From Vicugna vicugna (lineage: Eukaryota), in the NCBI GenBank assembly GCA_013265495.1, contig MU058423.1:2805061-2869060 (forward strand): a stretch of DNA of 64,000 nt, in the 5' to 3' direction. The notes beneath the pieces were generated by a model. The model made no database searches, had not been told where the DNA came from, and was given only the letters and a program-made list of their open reading frames with translations. This document shows positions 1 through 14,523 of the stretch, in pieces. A program made the translations under genes and the position numbers. Position 1 is the stretch's first letter. Every line of letters starts with the position of its first letter.

Positions 1-3000
1 TTTATTTGACTTTTGGTCTTGGCCAAGGTGGGAATGAACCCTTGTTGAAGCTCTGATATGGATCAGCTCAACCTCCCTTCCCCAATAGGTGTGACCCTTG
101 ACTGCTGCTCCTGAGCCTGGAGCCAGTGCTCCCTTCCTTTCAACACAGTGACAATGGCTTAAAAATAGGGCAAGGAGTTGCCATCTTGGAATTGTTGTAA
201 GCTCCATGAAGGTGAGGCTTTTGACTAACTTGGGGTTCTCCAGCATCTAGCCAGACGATTGACACATAGCAGGCAAGCAGTACATACTGATTGAATGAAT
301 GAATGCCTTAGCTTCTCTAGTAACTCTTAGATTAATAATATTTTTGTTTGTTTGATAAGGACTGACAAGGTATTACAGAATACTGTTCTAGAAGGCACCA
401 TAAATTATAGCTGATTTATAGGTGATATTAGAACAGTAGCTGAATCATTTCAGACAGATGAAAAGTATTCTGTTTTGGAAGAAAAAAATGCATAAAAATT
501 TTTTGTAACTTTATTAACTCTTTCTAGTGTTTAAGAAACTTTGCTTTCATAAAATCTTTCTTGATACAGTTTTTCTTTCCAACTCACCTTTCATTAAAAA
601 GGCAATACAACCATATTATAAAACATTTGGAGATTTAAAAAGAAAAAAAAAACTCACCGTAAAGACAAGTAATCTTATTTTATTTACAGTCTATTATTTT
701 GATTTTCCACTCTAATGTTATGTCATATGGCTATCTAGCCTTGGGAAGCAACCATGGTACAGTGTAAAGTTGCCAGATTTTGTTGGCAGATAGACCTGGG
801 ATTGAATCTCAGCATTGTCATTTGTAAGCAGAATGAACTTGGGCAAGTCATTTAACCTCCCTGAGTCTTTTTTTGTCATCTGTAAAAGAACGCTAATGGC
901 CACCCTGGAGCTGTTGTGAGTTATGTTTTGCAGTGCCTGCCATGGAGTAAGAACGTGGTGCTATTAGTTACTGCCTTGCCAACAGCCAGGGATGGCACAT
1001 AGCCAGTGTGTGCTGGCATTGTGGTACCAGTTTCTAAAATGAATTGAAAGCCTTCCATACCAGTTGAAGAAAAGTGATTGCCTGCCCCTAGATGCCTCCA
1101 TGACTTCTACTAATGCACACATCCCCCCAGTCCCTGCCAACATGCAAGTGTTACTGACATCCGGCATTATGAACTATAACTGTTCTGAATGGTTAGTGCT
1201 CATACCATAATACATTTCACATTCCCTCTGCTAGTAATCCATCATTTTTGTTAGACAGACCGAATGTACTTAATCGTTATTCTCTTGGACACTTAAATTG
1301 TAGCTAACTTTTTCACTATTATTAATGCTGCTGTGATGAATATCACACATATGTGTTGTAGAAGATGCCAATTTCCAGTTTATCTTCTGGTAGCAAATAA
1401 AAACCTCCTCTCTGATCCTTGCTTGTTTTGAACACTGCTTACTAAACTCCTCCTTCTACTGGTTGAATTATCTTCTAAACCTGTTGCTTCAGCCACTTTC
1501 GCTTGCCTTCTGAATTCACTTTTTTAGTCTCTATATTGCTCTTTAATCATGTGTCTAGAACTGGACTAGACAGGTTCCTGAGTCACACCCATGGGGAGTG
1601 AAATGTGTTTGCACACATTTTTTCCCATCCTTGTGCTTACTTTGAAACGATCAAAAACAAAATGATATCACTATGTTACTATTTAAATACCTACCACCAT
1701 CTGACTCAGCCATTTTCCATCCTATATTTGTATTGTCATGTGAGAAATCCCTCACATATACTTTACCAGAGAGTCATCCTACTTGTTTCTGGTATGGTAT
1801 CATGTTACTAAGGTTCTTTTTCTTCATGTTGTACAGCAGGCTTGTTTATTTTTACCAAGGTCATTTTGAATATTAATTACTTCCTCCCTACTGTGAAATG
1901 AAAACTCTCCCAGAGTTTATGTGGAAACTGTAAATATGCCTGTTGCCTCTCCAGCTGGGCTGGCCTGGCTTGATCTGAAGTGACTCATGTTGTTGGACAC
2001 ACCAGCCAAGAGGCACATGTTGCTTCAGAAATGGGAGAGGGAGGGGGCAGTTTGACTGCAGTGAGTCCTGAGTGTGCTGAGCTTGCCCAGCTGAGAAGTG
2101 AGAGAAAAGCCTGTCGAATTTGCTCTGAGGACTCTTCTATTTTTCATAGCTTCAACAACTATATTATTTGTTGGATTATCTTTCTCAGCTAAGTCTTGTG
2201 TGGTCAAAGTTTCGTCTGGGATTCAAATAAAAGGCAGCTAATCACATGCCATCTTCTGTGAGTAGTACCGCATGGAGGCTCACAAGAAGAGAAGGACATT
2301 GTCTCTGTTGCATGTGCGGACTTAGACAGCGAATACTTAGGTCATTAGGTTGTGACAATGGATTGTTGAAAGATTTTGGAAATAGTAAGTAAAGTCCCTA
2401 GGCATTAAGGATTGTGTAAAGTTGAGTAATACATTAATATTTTCAATTTAAAGGAGTGATGTTTGAATAGTATAAATTTTGATTCTCTGTTAAGGAGTAT
2501 TCATAATAATAGATTGTAAGTTACCTTTGCCACTCACTTGCAAATATGAAGTTAAAAAAGAAACTAGCCGTAGTTAAGATGAAGATTTGATTTTTGGAAA
2601 CTAAAAGATGTTTTGCACCTTTTTGTTTTATGGTCCCTTGAGTCTAACTTTTTATTGTAAGTTTAACTTAGTGAAGTACATGTTAGCATTATTCTACAGC
2701 AGAATTCTGTACCAAATTATCATAAAACTTCTGGGCTACTTTATTTGTGATTTCTATTTCCTGTTGAGAGTTGTTCATATTTTGGAAATTAATAAGGGAA
2801 TCTCTTTCACATTAAACTTTATTCCATAGTCAGTGTCAGCTTTTCAGGATGTTACTTGAGATTTTAAAAAAGGATAACTTTAAGATATACAACAGATATT
2901 AAAGCAAAGTTCAGTGAACCAGCTTCTCCAAGGTACCTCACATGACAGCCTTTTTAATGATATACTTGATTTATTTTTTACTGCAGTAGATTATTAACAA

Positions 3001-3571
3001 TGACTGCATATTTTAGTTACAAGGTTAACATAAATTCCATTTACAAAATATATTTTCCTGCTTTTTATTTCTTAAAGAAAAGTCTATTGAAATATATGAT
3101 GATGACATTTTACTACAACTTCACTTTTACAAACTTAGAGCATATAAAACTCATGAAACTAAGTGGTTTTTGTCACTTAAGAAATATTTCCATGAAAATA
3201 CTTATTCTTAGAGTTGTCAATCTGAGCAAAGGACGGACCCCAGATCATGATCATATTCCATCTGATAAAAAAGTTTTGTGATTTTATTTATAATATTTTG
3301 TTTCTTTATTTTCCCATTTATATTTTCAAAATTTCTACAGAACAGCCTTTTCCAATAAGGATAAAACACAATGAAATAATTAAAATAAAAACACATGAAG
3401 TAGCAACAGACAGTTGGGGTAAGAAAAGAGACCGAAGTAATGAGAGTTCAGTTGAACTTGAATTCAAGTTCTGCCAATTTTACCTGGCAGTGATTTCAGG
3501 TCTGTGATTCCTTTGGCACATTTTAATAAGCTACATTCTCCCTGTTGATCATTTAACTGGAAATCTCAGTA

Positions 3572-4189
3572 CAGTCAATTCTCATTATTCATAGTAGTTA
3601 TGTTCTACAGAGTCTCCAGGAATACTGAATTAGGGAACACTGAACCATTGCTCCTAAGGGAAGTACAGAATTAGATTCCTGCAAACCTCTGGTCACAATG
3701 GTCATTTTTATCAGTTGATCAGTACATACCCTGTTGTATGTGTATTTCTGCTTAAAGATACCTTATATATATTGTTATATATATATTATTGACTCATTAA
3801 CACTGAGCTCAAAACTAAACTCATGCCAGAAAGAAGCTTATCCAACTCACATATTTTCTCCAGAAACACTAAACAGCATTTCAACACTATTCTTGGGGTA
3901 ATTTTAAACAGTAAAACGCCAACGAAAGGCACAAAAGTGCAAAATGCATTGTACTAAGTAGACCATGAGGAAGATGCTCAGGTGTCATATAAGAGCTGAA
4001 ACAAGGCAGCGTCCCCTTGTTGGACCTCAGTGGGGAACTTGTTCCCCAGGGGGACTCAGATTTTTTTGCTGCTCTGTGCATATCTGCAAATGACTATGAA
4101 AGTGCTCTGAGCATTGATTTGGGGGTTACAAGTCTTAGTGAGTAGGCAGATTCGCAAATACAGGATCTGTGTATAATGAGGATCGACTG
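3572..4189. mobile_element. Non-autonomous TcMar-Tigger DNA transposon (MER82-like)
   Basis: Terminal inverted repeats CAGTCAATTCTCATTAT / ATAATGAGGATCGACTG; TA at the left flank. Confidence 0.7.
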
Positions 4190-5528
4190 TGTAATCTTTT
4201 CCAATTGGTGAAAATTACAAAACTATAATTTTTTTAAGAGTTTTTTGATATTCTTGTGATTTTATGGTGCAATTTTTAGTGATTTAATCACGGCAAAAAT
4301 GAACTAAAGGAATAGAGAAATGGTTATGCTGAAAGCCAACAAACAAGGATATCAGTGCTTGTTTGATTGTTAAGGAAAGCAAAATGGAAGGTTCTCTGAG
4401 CTATTGTAGGACTCTTTTACTGTTACTTTTTATTGACTGTCTGCACGTCAAATGCCTGGTGTTCCAAGTTCCTCTATATTGTAACTGAAAAGTGCTCCAA
4501 AACAAGGATGTAATTCCTGGCTATGGACATTTGGGTTGAGCATTAGTCAACATGTGAGTCTCCTGGAAAAACACCCTTCTGAGTCCATCTTACTAGGAAT
4601 TTTGATGCTATATCTTACCAGAAATCCATGTGATGGTTACTTCTCTTTTTTTCTGTTTATTTAAATAATGTCTAGATTTTTCTTGTTCTTTGGGAATATT
4701 AGGCTCTATTCCAAAAATATTTATATCCTAGCACTATTTTTTTATTATAAACGTACATATTCTTATCCATGTTTATACCACAGGTACATGCAGAAGTGGT
4801 CATTTATTTTTGGTAACCAGAAAGAGCAGATGTTAGGGTTGATGTATTGAATTGTTATTAAAAAGACTTATTTCTAAAGCAGATAGTTTCACAGGGTTTT
4901 GTTAACTTACCATTTGACTGCTGTTCAAATTAATAGTAATTATCATATGGAATTTGAAAAGTGATTTATTTTTAAGGTGTTCCGTTGATTTCCTCTTCAT
5001 GATGTGTGATGTATGCTGACAGAAAAGGCTACTTTAAAATTACGTGTTCTGTTAAAATATATCCCTGGGCCCAACGTGGCCTCGACAGAAGCCTGCTTAT
5101 ATCCCAGCAGGTTGGTACTAGTCCACTGTGCTCCACTTATTTCACTGGCTAGAGCACCAGAGTGTTGTAGCAGACAATTTTTTGTTTTGCTCCTGTTGCT
5201 TTCTTTTTCTGAAGGGCAGGCGTGTATTTGTTGTGCCAAGTTCTTTAAAAGGAAGCCGACTTGCCAACAGGTTTGTGGCGGTTCCCTGGGATGTCAGAGG
5301 AGGGGAGATTTGTAAGCTGGTGATAATCAAGCCCCTGCAAAACCCTTTAGGCAGTTGACTGAGCTGTGGATGACATGTACACTGTAGAGCTAGGACTTGT
5401 TTACGCGTATCTCTTGGCCTGCTGTCAAGAAGATAAGAACTCTTCTCGTACTCCAAAGCCTGAGAAAGGGTGATGCAGGAATCTGTTGGGTGGCACCTAA
5501 TCCTCCTTTTATTAATCTAGGGGTTTTC

Positions 5529-5536
5529 TGTGTGTG

Positions 5537-5579
<43 letters not shown>
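5529..5579. repeat. (TG)n microsatellite
   Basis: Read directly from the sequence. Confidence 0.95.
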
Positions 5580-5583
<4 letters not shown>

Positions 5584-6705
5584 TTTCTACGAGATGGGAA
5601 GACAACTTAAAGTCACATGTAGTTTGCTTTAGCATACTGTCAAGGACTTATCCAGACACTCAAAGATACTTCCCTTCTGTCTCTCCAACTTCCTCTAGCT
5701 GATCTGTACTGCTAGGCCACAAGCCCTGGCAAGAAAGGGAAAGATCACGGGTTGCCAGGGAAAAACTCCTCACAAATAATTAAAAGTTGTCTCAAGTTTG
5801 AGGCTGAGAGTTAAGAGAATTGGACTGTAGTTTCAATTTTGCCCTTAATTAACTGGTTGACTTTTGATGAAGTGCTTCCCCTTGAACCTCCTCATCTGTG
5901 AAATGAGGGAGTTAGACAAGATGTTCTCTTCAGTCCCTTGCATCTCTCGTGTCCTGTGGTTCTCTGATTCTTTGTTTGTTGAGGCTGCTACCAAAATTGT
6001 ACCATCTTTTAAGTCATATATTCTACTGGTGAAGACCACTGCACATTGCATTCATCAGTGGGCAATTAACTTTCAATACACAGTGGTCATCACTCATGGA
6101 ACATTGAAATTTAATGAATATTAAGATTTAGTGTTATATGTCTTGTTCTTATAGAACTGTGCACAGTATTAAACTTGTCAGAATTAGTAGACAGCTACTG
6201 ACCTTTTTTGCTTTTATTTTTGAAATCTAAACACAGAATTTAATACCTCTCAAAAATATTGTTGGAGTGAACATTTGGGAAAAGCTTTAACAACCCAAGA
6301 GATGAGATTAAGTTTATTTTCCCTTGTTGTGTACTTCGTGAATTAAGAGACTCCTGGGGATGGTAACTTCTGGGGTGGTGGGGGGACTTCAGGATCCTGC
6401 TATGTAGCTTATGGCTTTATCATGAGTACTGTGCGTTGATAGATTAGTTAGGAGGCCTTTGGCTACATTTAGCGGAGATCCCCATTCAAACTAGCTTAAA
6501 TAATAAGGGAATTAATGGTTCATAACTAACTACAGAAGAAGGATGGGTTTCAGGGTCGATTCAATCCAGTGTCATAGGCTCTGCTTCCCTGGAACCCCAG
6601 AACTGCCTCGGCAGTTCTCTGCGTTTATGTTGGCTTCATCTTCACGTTGTGCTGTCATTGTGTCAGATGCCTGTAGCATTTTTTCGTTCTGTATTCACGT
6701 ACTGC

Positions 6706-6938
6706 AACATGAGGTTTTTTCAACCTTGGCACTGTTGACATTTCAGGCCAGATGATTCTTTGTTGTTGGGGACTATCAGGTGGGTTGTTGGGTGTTTAGC
6801 AGCACCCTTGGCCTCTACGTACTAGATGCCAGTAGCACCCTGAGCTGTGATAATCAGAAATGTCTCCAGATATTACCAAATGTTTGCTTGGTTGGGGGGG
6901 GAATGGGGCAAAAATACCCTGCTTAAGACCCACTGGTC
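6706..6938. mobile_element. MER20 hAT-Charlie element
   Basis: Matches recalled consensus caaccttggcactgttgacatt...ctagatgccagtagcacc...aaatgtctccaga. Confidence 0.75.
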
Positions 6939-7272
6939 TAAAGGAAGACTGACCATTTCTTTAGGTGGCTGTCTAAAATGTGTTTCCTAATAGACCCCAG
7001 TTTCCCCCTTTTGTCTTACTGGCTCAGCCTGGGTCACTTCTCCATCCCTGATGCCATCACCCATAAGGGTTGGAATTTCCTTCTACTGATCAGGCCCATC
7101 ACCGGGGCTAGGGGTGTGGAATCAGCTCCCCTGAGGCTGTGACCTTTTGTGGAGGGTGAGTGCCTCAGTAAAGCTGGTGAGAGAGTGATGGAAGCTGGTA
7201 GGAACCCAACAGTGTCCATGATTGCTGTGTTCTAAATTTGTCTTTTGTTTGTTTGTTTTCCCTTCCTCTCAG

Positions 7273-7375
7273 TGAGGACTATGGAAAGAACTTTAAGGAT
7301 ATTACAAATCTCATCAATAACACCTTCATTCGGACTGAATTTGGCATGGCAATTGGTCCTGAGAACTCTGGGAAG
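7273..7375 (+). CDS. SORT1: Sortilin exon 4 ([35 protein letters not shown]); exons 1-3 lie upstream of the window
   Basis: AG at 7271-72 and GT at 7376-77; 103 nt; translation matches the sortilin Vps10p domain. Confidence 0.97.
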
Positions 7376-7907
7376 GTGAGACTCATTCATACATACACAA
7401 AGCCAGGCTTGCCACCATATGCAGGGCTGTCAGATGTTGATATTGGAATGGTCCAGTGATACACAGCAGTGTATTTAGTTTACTATTACTGTATTTTAAA
7501 ATTAAACGTAATTTAATACTGATACAGAAGAATGGAATTTAGCACACAGGTTCTTTTCTCAGTCCCTGTCCAAGAGGCACCAGAGCTCTTCATAATTATA
7601 TGGTGGTGGTTTAGCATAACAGGGTATACATCTTAAGACAACATTTCAGTCTTTTGGGAAGCTGGCTTTATCTCAAATTGACCAGGCTTAAGTTTATAGA
7701 TATGAGGCACTAGCTCAATTCAGGATAATGTATTTTGATTAAGACTAATACTTGAGGAGTACAGTGTACCAACTAATCTGTTTTTATAACTCTTCTTACT
7801 TTTGAAACTAAAATTTTCTTGAAAAATGTCTGGTGAAAATGGTGTGAGAACTTCATGTACTTTTATAGTATTATACCCTGATTTTGAACTTTCTTCTTCC
7901 GAACCAG

Positions 7908-8072
7908 GTGATTTTAACAGCAGAGGTGTCTGGAGGAAGTCATGGAGGCAGAATCTTCAGATCATCAGATTTTGCAAAGAACTTTATTCAGACCAATCTC
8001 CCTTTTCATCCTCTGACTCAGATGATGTACAGCCCTCAGAATTCTGATTACCTTTTAGCCCTCAGCACCGAA
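7908..8072 (+). CDS. SORT1: Sortilin exon 5 ([10 protein letters not shown]...LLALSTE)
   Basis: CAG/GTAAGT boundaries; 165 nt; in frame; Asp-box RSSDFAKNF. Confidence 0.97.
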
Positions 8073-8771
8073 GTAAGTCCAGCTGAGGAACTTGTCTTGC
8101 CTTTTGCATTTTTATAGTCTCAAACTGTATTGTCCTAAGAGGACCCTGTAGGTAATGCCTTTATGTTGGACTGTTTTCTGGTGATTTCTTATGGCATGAA
8201 GTAATGTTTTTTGTTTTTTCTTTTGGTTTTTTTGCATTTTCTCCCCTATTTGGTAAAGGGCACGATTTTCATGTGCTTTCTGTTCCAGATAAGTATGATG
8301 TCTAGTTGTCATTACAGTTTTTTTTAAGTGAATAGATATGTGCTGTTAGAGTAATGAACTAGAAAACAGTTTACTGTAATCATCCTTGTGCTGCAAGGGA
8401 CAAGCGTAAATTGTCAGACCCCTGATGTTGGCAGTGTTCCTTTCCTGTGACCAAACCACATCTTTATAATTTTTTTGTTTTTAGGTCCTTAGTATGTAAA
8501 ACCTGTTGATTTGTCTTTGACACTCATGTATTAAATATCCAGGGCCTTGAAGCCCTGCACCCCCTACCACTCCTATATTCTCCCCAGAAACCAGTGTCCC
8601 TCTCTGCCCCTCCCACTTCTCTTCTGAAAGTTCCCTGAGGAGCAGCTCAGCTTTTTCCTTTCCTGAAGGACCAGTCTCCTTTATCATGGATGTTAGGGGC
8701 CCAGGGTGGCTGAGTTGCTAGGCTGTGATACTCATAATTATGCTTTATGTTTCTGTGGCTCTCTCTCATCT

Positions 8772-8955
8772 TATTTCTCAGAGTGTGGTCTACTGACCAG
8801 CCACATCAGATAGAAACCCCTGGGAGGCTGGTTTAAGATGCACGTTCCTTGGCCCTGATGCAGATAGAGTACGTCGGTGGCTTGGTTGCAAGATGTCTAA
8901 TGTTTTTAACAAGCTCCCCAGCAGAATCTGCACGCTAAAATTTGAGAGCCATTGT
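8772..8955. mobile_element. MER5A-like hAT element
   Basis: ttctcagagtgtggtc...tttaacaagctcccc...aaatttgagagccattg. Confidence 0.7.
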
Positions 8956-9719
8956 TGTAATGACCATTCTGGGGATGGAAGTAGGATTATCAAATGTAGA
9001 CAAGTTGGGCTGAACAAACAGATGACATAGGGAGGGTGAAGGACACTTGGAAGAGAAGTGTGAGTTCTGGGCCTTCTGCGGGCAGATCTTTGGATTGAGG
9101 AAAGGCTGGAGGGCTCAGCGAAGGTCAGAGTTAAGCTTAGCTACAGGAGGCCAGAGGAAGGAAACTAGCCTGCTGGGTAGGCGTCAGATCTTAAATCAAC
9201 AATTCCTGGAAACTGGCCTGTAGCAGCTTGAGCTGAAGGCCCTTCAAGAGAACAAAGAGACCCCCGTAGGAATGGACAGAACCATCCATCTGCCTTTGAC
9301 CACCCCTTTGCCATTACCAGGTATCTTAAGCTTATTAAAACAGGCTATCCTCAGGAAGAGGCAGGCACAATCTGTTTCACACCTGAAATTTCTTCCGATT
9401 AAGGGTAGGTTTGAAGTACAGATAATCATCTTGGAGAAGATGGACCATTTTGTACTAAAGTGCAAATAAGTGATACCAGACCCTTTTCGTGTTTCTAAGT
9501 GAAATTGGGTAAATTAGGAATGCTAGGAGGTGACGTTACCAGAGGAGGAAGATGGTGGGTGAGAACTGGGGAGCACTGAAGATAAATTCTGCCTAGATCA
9601 GCACCAGTTTAATTTCAGCTATACCACTGAACCTGAGCCCACTAGGCTCATGTGGCCAATGTAACTAAAATTATCAATCTTTATCTTATAAAGTCTCTGC
9701 TGTGTTTGAAAGTATTGAC

Positions 9720-10136
9720 CAGTCCTCCTTTGGGGAACTCCACTTGCTTGGCTTCTGGGACATTATTCCCTTTGGTTCTCTCCTATCCTCTAACTATTGC
9801 TTCTTAGTCTCTTTCTTAAACTCCTTTCAAGCTACCCTTAAATTGCTCTGACTGATTTTACTCTGAGCAATCTCTTCCCCTTTTACCATTTTAGTACCAC
9901 TATGATGTATAAGATTCTCGAATCTCAAATCTCCTGGCTTCCTAGGGCTGCAGATTCCTATCTTGTTGCTTCCTTTGTATCTCTAGCTAGATGTCCCACA
10001 GGTCCCTCAAACTCAGTCTAAAACTGACTCCCTCCCTGCCCTTCTCTCAGGCATGCTGTTCTTCCCGTCGTCCTTATATGGACTAAAGATTCCACAGTGC
10101 TTCTTACTACTCAGCCAGAATCCCAGAGTGTTCACC

Positions 10137-10184
<48 letters not shown>

Positions 10185-10970
10185 ACTCTCTCTCTCTCTC
10201 TCCGTCTCTCTCTCTCCATCCTGCCCTACAGGAAAAGTCATCCAGTTCTACTGAATCTAGCTTCTAAATTCTTCCTGAGCCTACTCCTCACAGCTGTGGT
10301 TTCAGGCCTCACTAACTCCTAGTGAGCTAATGTAGCAGTTATTCACTGTTTTTCCTGCTCCTAGTTTGGACCCTCTGAAATCCATCTGCCATTGTCATCC
10401 AAGTATTCCTCTTAGAAAACTAAAACTGCCTGTCATTCAGCTACTTAGTGCACCTCCTCCTTTAAGGACCTCGTATAAAATAAAGACCAGGTTCCTCAGC
10501 ACAGCATAGAAGGAGGGCTCTCCATGAGCGGGCCCCACCTCTGTCCCCAGTTTGGCTTCTCCTCTCCTCACCGTGGAATCTGTGCTTCATCTGTGTCTGA
10601 AGGCAAAGCTCCCTGCACATACTGGGATGTTTCACTACCTCTCTGCCTCTGCTGATACCAGTCTGTCTTTGTGCAGGGACATCTCATCTCCCCATTTGCC
10701 TTCTTTTGGCTACGCTGCTCATCATTTGACTCAGTTCAACTGTCTTCTTCACATCTCTGATGCAATGTCCCTCCTTTCCTTACTCTTACCCCAGAGACCG
10801 TGTTGCCATAATACTTACCACATGTATCAAAGCTTCTAATCTGCATCCCTTGTTAAACTGTGAGCTCCTTAAGAGCAGGGAATGTGTCTTATTCATCTTT
10901 GTATCCCCAATGCAACGTCTGGTACAGTGCCTGGCACATAGTAGGCACTTCATAAGCACTTGTTGTTCTG
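9720..10970 (+). mobile_element. Degenerate L2 LINE 3' region containing a (CA)n(TC)n microsatellite at ~10139-10215
   Basis: Typical L2 3' end acagtgcctggcacatagtaggcac; boundaries approximate. Confidence 0.65.
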
Positions 10971-11152
10971 AATTTCCAAGACCCTGAAGGGGCCCCCGTA
11001 AACCGTGTGTGTGTCTGTGGAGCTCAGGCTTGGATGGAACTTCAGTGTGTGTTTTTACTGTCCTGAATGATTGGATATGAATTATTAAAGGTCATACAAG
11101 CAGCTGCACAGGATAAAGCTGGAATTTTGATAAGTCATTTATAATCTTTCAG

Positions 11153-11226
11153 AATGGCCTGTGGGTGTCCAAGAATTTTGGGGGAAAATGGGAAGAAATC
11201 CACAAAGCAGTATGTTTGGCCAAATG
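11153..11226 (+). CDS. SORT1: Sortilin exon 6 ([25 protein letters not shown])
   Basis: CAG/GTGAGT boundaries; 74 nt; translated by hand. Confidence 0.96.
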
Positions 11227-12578
11227 GTGAGTAACAGAAGATTCCATCTGTGCAGAGCCCTAAACCTTTCCTGACGGTGCTGCCAAAAGTCACATGAATA
11301 AATATTGAGCACTTACTATGTGCCAAGTACTCTTCAGGATGTGGTAAGGGATACGAGAGAGGGGTATGACACAGACCTTGACCTGGAGGAGCTTCTAATT
11401 CCACTGGGAAAGAAGACTTAGTCTCGCCAAGTGTTGGTATATAAAGTATAAAATAAGGCGCATTACTGAGTAGCTGCTGCCTAGAGAAGGTTTATTCTAT
11501 GTAAATGATGACATCAATTGCAATAAAATACAGCTTTGATCTGGGGACTTATGTACTCATCTAGAGAGCCATTTCAGTTACGTGGAACGTTGTGAGGAAT
11601 CACGAAAAAGCTCACAGAGCTTCCAGGCTGCCAGAGTCACACGTCTGTGCCCCAAAGCTCATTCATCCCCCGCCGCCCCTGTGCCTGCTTAAAGATGATA
11701 GCGTGCAGGAGGCTCTTACCTGGGAGTCAGGTCCCCTTTGTTCTAGCCTGGGTCCACTGCTAGTCAGCGGCTCAACCTCTCTGGGCTTTGGTTTTTCCTT
11801 TCTGTGAAAGGAGGTTTGTTTAGGGGATGGTTATTTGAGGGATGGTTGAGCACAGATTGAATTAAGGGCCTTTATACCCCCAAAATTCTGACTAGGCTCA
11901 GACCCTTGTTTAGAGCCTCCATCTTCTTTCTCTGACTAATTTCAGCAAATTTGTCTGTGTGGTTTCCCAGAGGATAGCAGGTTGCTGCCAGAGGTGGAGC
12001 ATGTGAGTGCGAACAACAAGCACGGGCCACCCTGAGAGTCTGCTGCCTGGGAGCCGCGGGGAGGCAGAAGAAGTCTAAGAGCAGGCAGGGGCAGAGCGCA
12101 GCAGGACCAGAGTGTCCAGTGCGGTATCAGGAGGGCTCACGCGCCTCTGTAACTTCTAGTGGGAACCCTGTGTTTCACTTTCACATGGTTGTTGTTCACG
12201 AGGATGGACCATAATCCCAAGGAGGAGTTTAATATTTAATGTCCTCTACTTGGGGAGATAGCAAAATGTGTAATATAGACATTGCCAAAAACGTCTACTA
12301 AAATTAACTGAAATATTAAAAAATGGTGCTTAAGTAAAGTGTCCTTTTTTAGAAAATGCTGGTTAAATGAGATTTTCATAGCACCACTAGGATACGCATG
12401 CTGCATCTGCTTTTGTTTTTGTATTTTAGTTAATTGTATTTGTATCCTAGATGGCCTATCAGGAAGGAATTTTTAAAGTCACTAAGTTAACCAGTTATTT
12501 AATTCCTGATGCACCTAAAATATGTAGGATATGTTTAAGTAAGACTATAATAAATTTGATCATTGAAACTCATCTTTA

Positions 12579-12666
12579 CGTATATATATCAAATCACCAA
12601 AATATGCACTTTTAATATCTTATAATTTTGTCAATTATACCTCAATAAAGCTAAAAGAAACAAACA
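12579..12666 (+). mobile_element. Short L1 3'-end fragment with target-site duplication (TSD)
   Basis: TSD AAACTCATCTTTA at 12566-78 and 12667-79; ends caattatacctcaataaagct plus an A-rich tail. Confidence 0.7.
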
Positions 12667-12869
12667 AAACTCATCTTTAAAACTAAAAAGTTTTTTTAAA
12701 TCATATTTTGTATCCTATACAAGATTTTTTACTTTTGTAACTTGTTTCTTTGAATAGTTAGATATAAGACAGCTGGGCTGCTGGTAACTGTTTACTCACT
12801 TTTTAGATCTTTGGTTTCTAGAAATTTACAACCTAAAGTTCTGAAAGAACATACTCAAGACCCAGCACC

Positions 12870-13128
12870 CATTTTTTTATTGAAGTATAGTTGAATTACA
12901 ATATTATATTAGTTTCAGGTGTACAACATAGTGATTCAAAAATTTTATAGATGGTACTCCATTTGTGCTTATAAAATATTGCCTGCGTTCTCTGTAATGC
13001 ACAATATATCATTGTAGCTTATTTATTTTATACATAGTAGTTTGTGCCTCTTACTCTCCTACCCCTATCTTGCCCCTCCCCCTTTTCCTGTCCCCACTCG
13101 AAGTAACCACTAGTTTGTTCTCTCTGAC
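12870..13128 (-). mobile_element. Truncated L1 3' end with TSD
   Basis: Starts tttttttattgaagtatagttg; TSD ACCCAGCACC at 12860-69 and 13129-38. Confidence 0.75.
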
Positions 13129-14063
13129 ACCCAGCACCTTTTGCTGGTGGTAATCATTAAGTATTATCAGGATCTGAATCCAGTTCCCTGCAGACTCCCT
13201 TTCCAAGTTAGAATTTAAATAATTCAACCTCTGACCTAGTTGTCTATTTGAGATGAAAGATCTAAATTATTTAGTGCATGCAAAGTTCTAAGGGAAAACA
13301 GTAGGTTCCCTAGGTTCTAAGGGAAAACAATAAAGTATTAAACTTAGTACCTGCCCTGAAGAACTCCGTAGTGTAGCAGGAGAGATAAGGCACACACTCT
13401 GCAATTAAAATAGCCAAACAGGAGACAAAGGAGCGCCAAGTGACTGACACAGAGCAGCACGGGGCTCCGGAGAAGGGTTTCTCAGCTTCAGCACTGGCGG
13501 CGCTCGGACTGGACGGCTCCTCGTTGTGAGGCCGTCCTGTGCATAGCGTGACGTTTAACTCCCTCAGTTGTGGCAACCAAACACATCCCTTGGGGAGCAA
13601 AACCGCCCCAATTGAGAACCAGTGCTCTAGAAGTTTGCAGCAAAGAAGGCTCCCAGTTAGAGTGATAGGGAAAGCTTCATGGAAGAGCTAGATTTTAATC
13701 TGGAGCCTGAAGATTGTGAACATAAAATTTAGTTACACGAGAGAAAAGCGTTTTAAGAAGGAAACAGTGTGACCAGATGCAGGTTTCGAGAGTGTAAGTT
13801 GCCTAGTTTGACTGGCTGGAAGAGCTCACATAAAGAAGAAGGGGACTGTGGGAAATGCCCGGGCCAGGCTGTGGGGAACCTCGATGTAAGGCTGTGGAAG
13901 AATCAGGTGTGCAGCATCCAAGAAGGCTGCTTGAGCTGGTACCAGGGATGCTGGCACCCAGCGATGAAGCTTATTAGACGTGCTTGGAGCTAAGTGACTA
14001 AGGCTGACACAGTCTATTAGCAGTCTTGAACCGTGTCTTTTCCCTGTCTTTGCCTCATTGTAG

Positions 14064-14113
14064 GGGATCAGGAAACACCATCTTCTTTACCACCTATGTG
14101 AATGGCTCCTGCA
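14064..14113 (+). CDS. SORT1: Sortilin exon 7 (GSGNTIFFTTYVNGSCK)
   Basis: TAG/GTAAGT boundaries; 50 nt; phase fits exons 6 and 8. Confidence 0.95.
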
Positions 14114-14240
14114 GTAAGTATATTTTAGTCCCAGCAAAGAGTGTCCTGGTAGAATATTCTGGGTTGTAAGAGGCAGAAGCTTTAAAGTTCCTTCCATTAT
14201 CCTATAATTTTAATGCTAAAGACAGCTATTAATGATTTTT

Positions 14241-14523
14241 TTTGGGGGGGGTCAAAAAGCTAGATTTATTGGGGTTTTTTTTTTCAGGTTTCAGTTTTAT
14301 TAGGTAGAATTGTCACAGTTTGACTGCACATATACAATATATTGCACGTAAATACATATGTACAATTTACTGCACATTTTTTAAAATTTGCATATACGTA
14401 CTATTCATTATTTCTAAGAATGTTTAGAGCTTTAGTTTTTAAACTTACATAATTATCAAAGGAACAAAGCCAACCACAAAATAAGAATTAATTTAAAAAG
14501 ATACATATACCCCGCTATCAACT
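14241..14523 (-). mobile_element. Unclassified L1-mobilised retro-insertion with a 17-bp TSD
   Basis: AGCT(A/G)TTAATGATTTTT at 14224-40 and 14524-40; AATAAA plus poly(A) on the - strand. Confidence 0.65.

Noticed and set aside
4900..5340. Repeat-free block in SORT1 intron 3 with overlapping ORFs; possible cryptic exon or enhancer
   Set aside because: No convincing splice pair or protein similarity, and conservation cannot be assessed from one sequence.
13285..13329. Direct repeat GTTCTAAGGGAAAACA x2
   Set aside because: Only two copies; a small local duplication, not an array.
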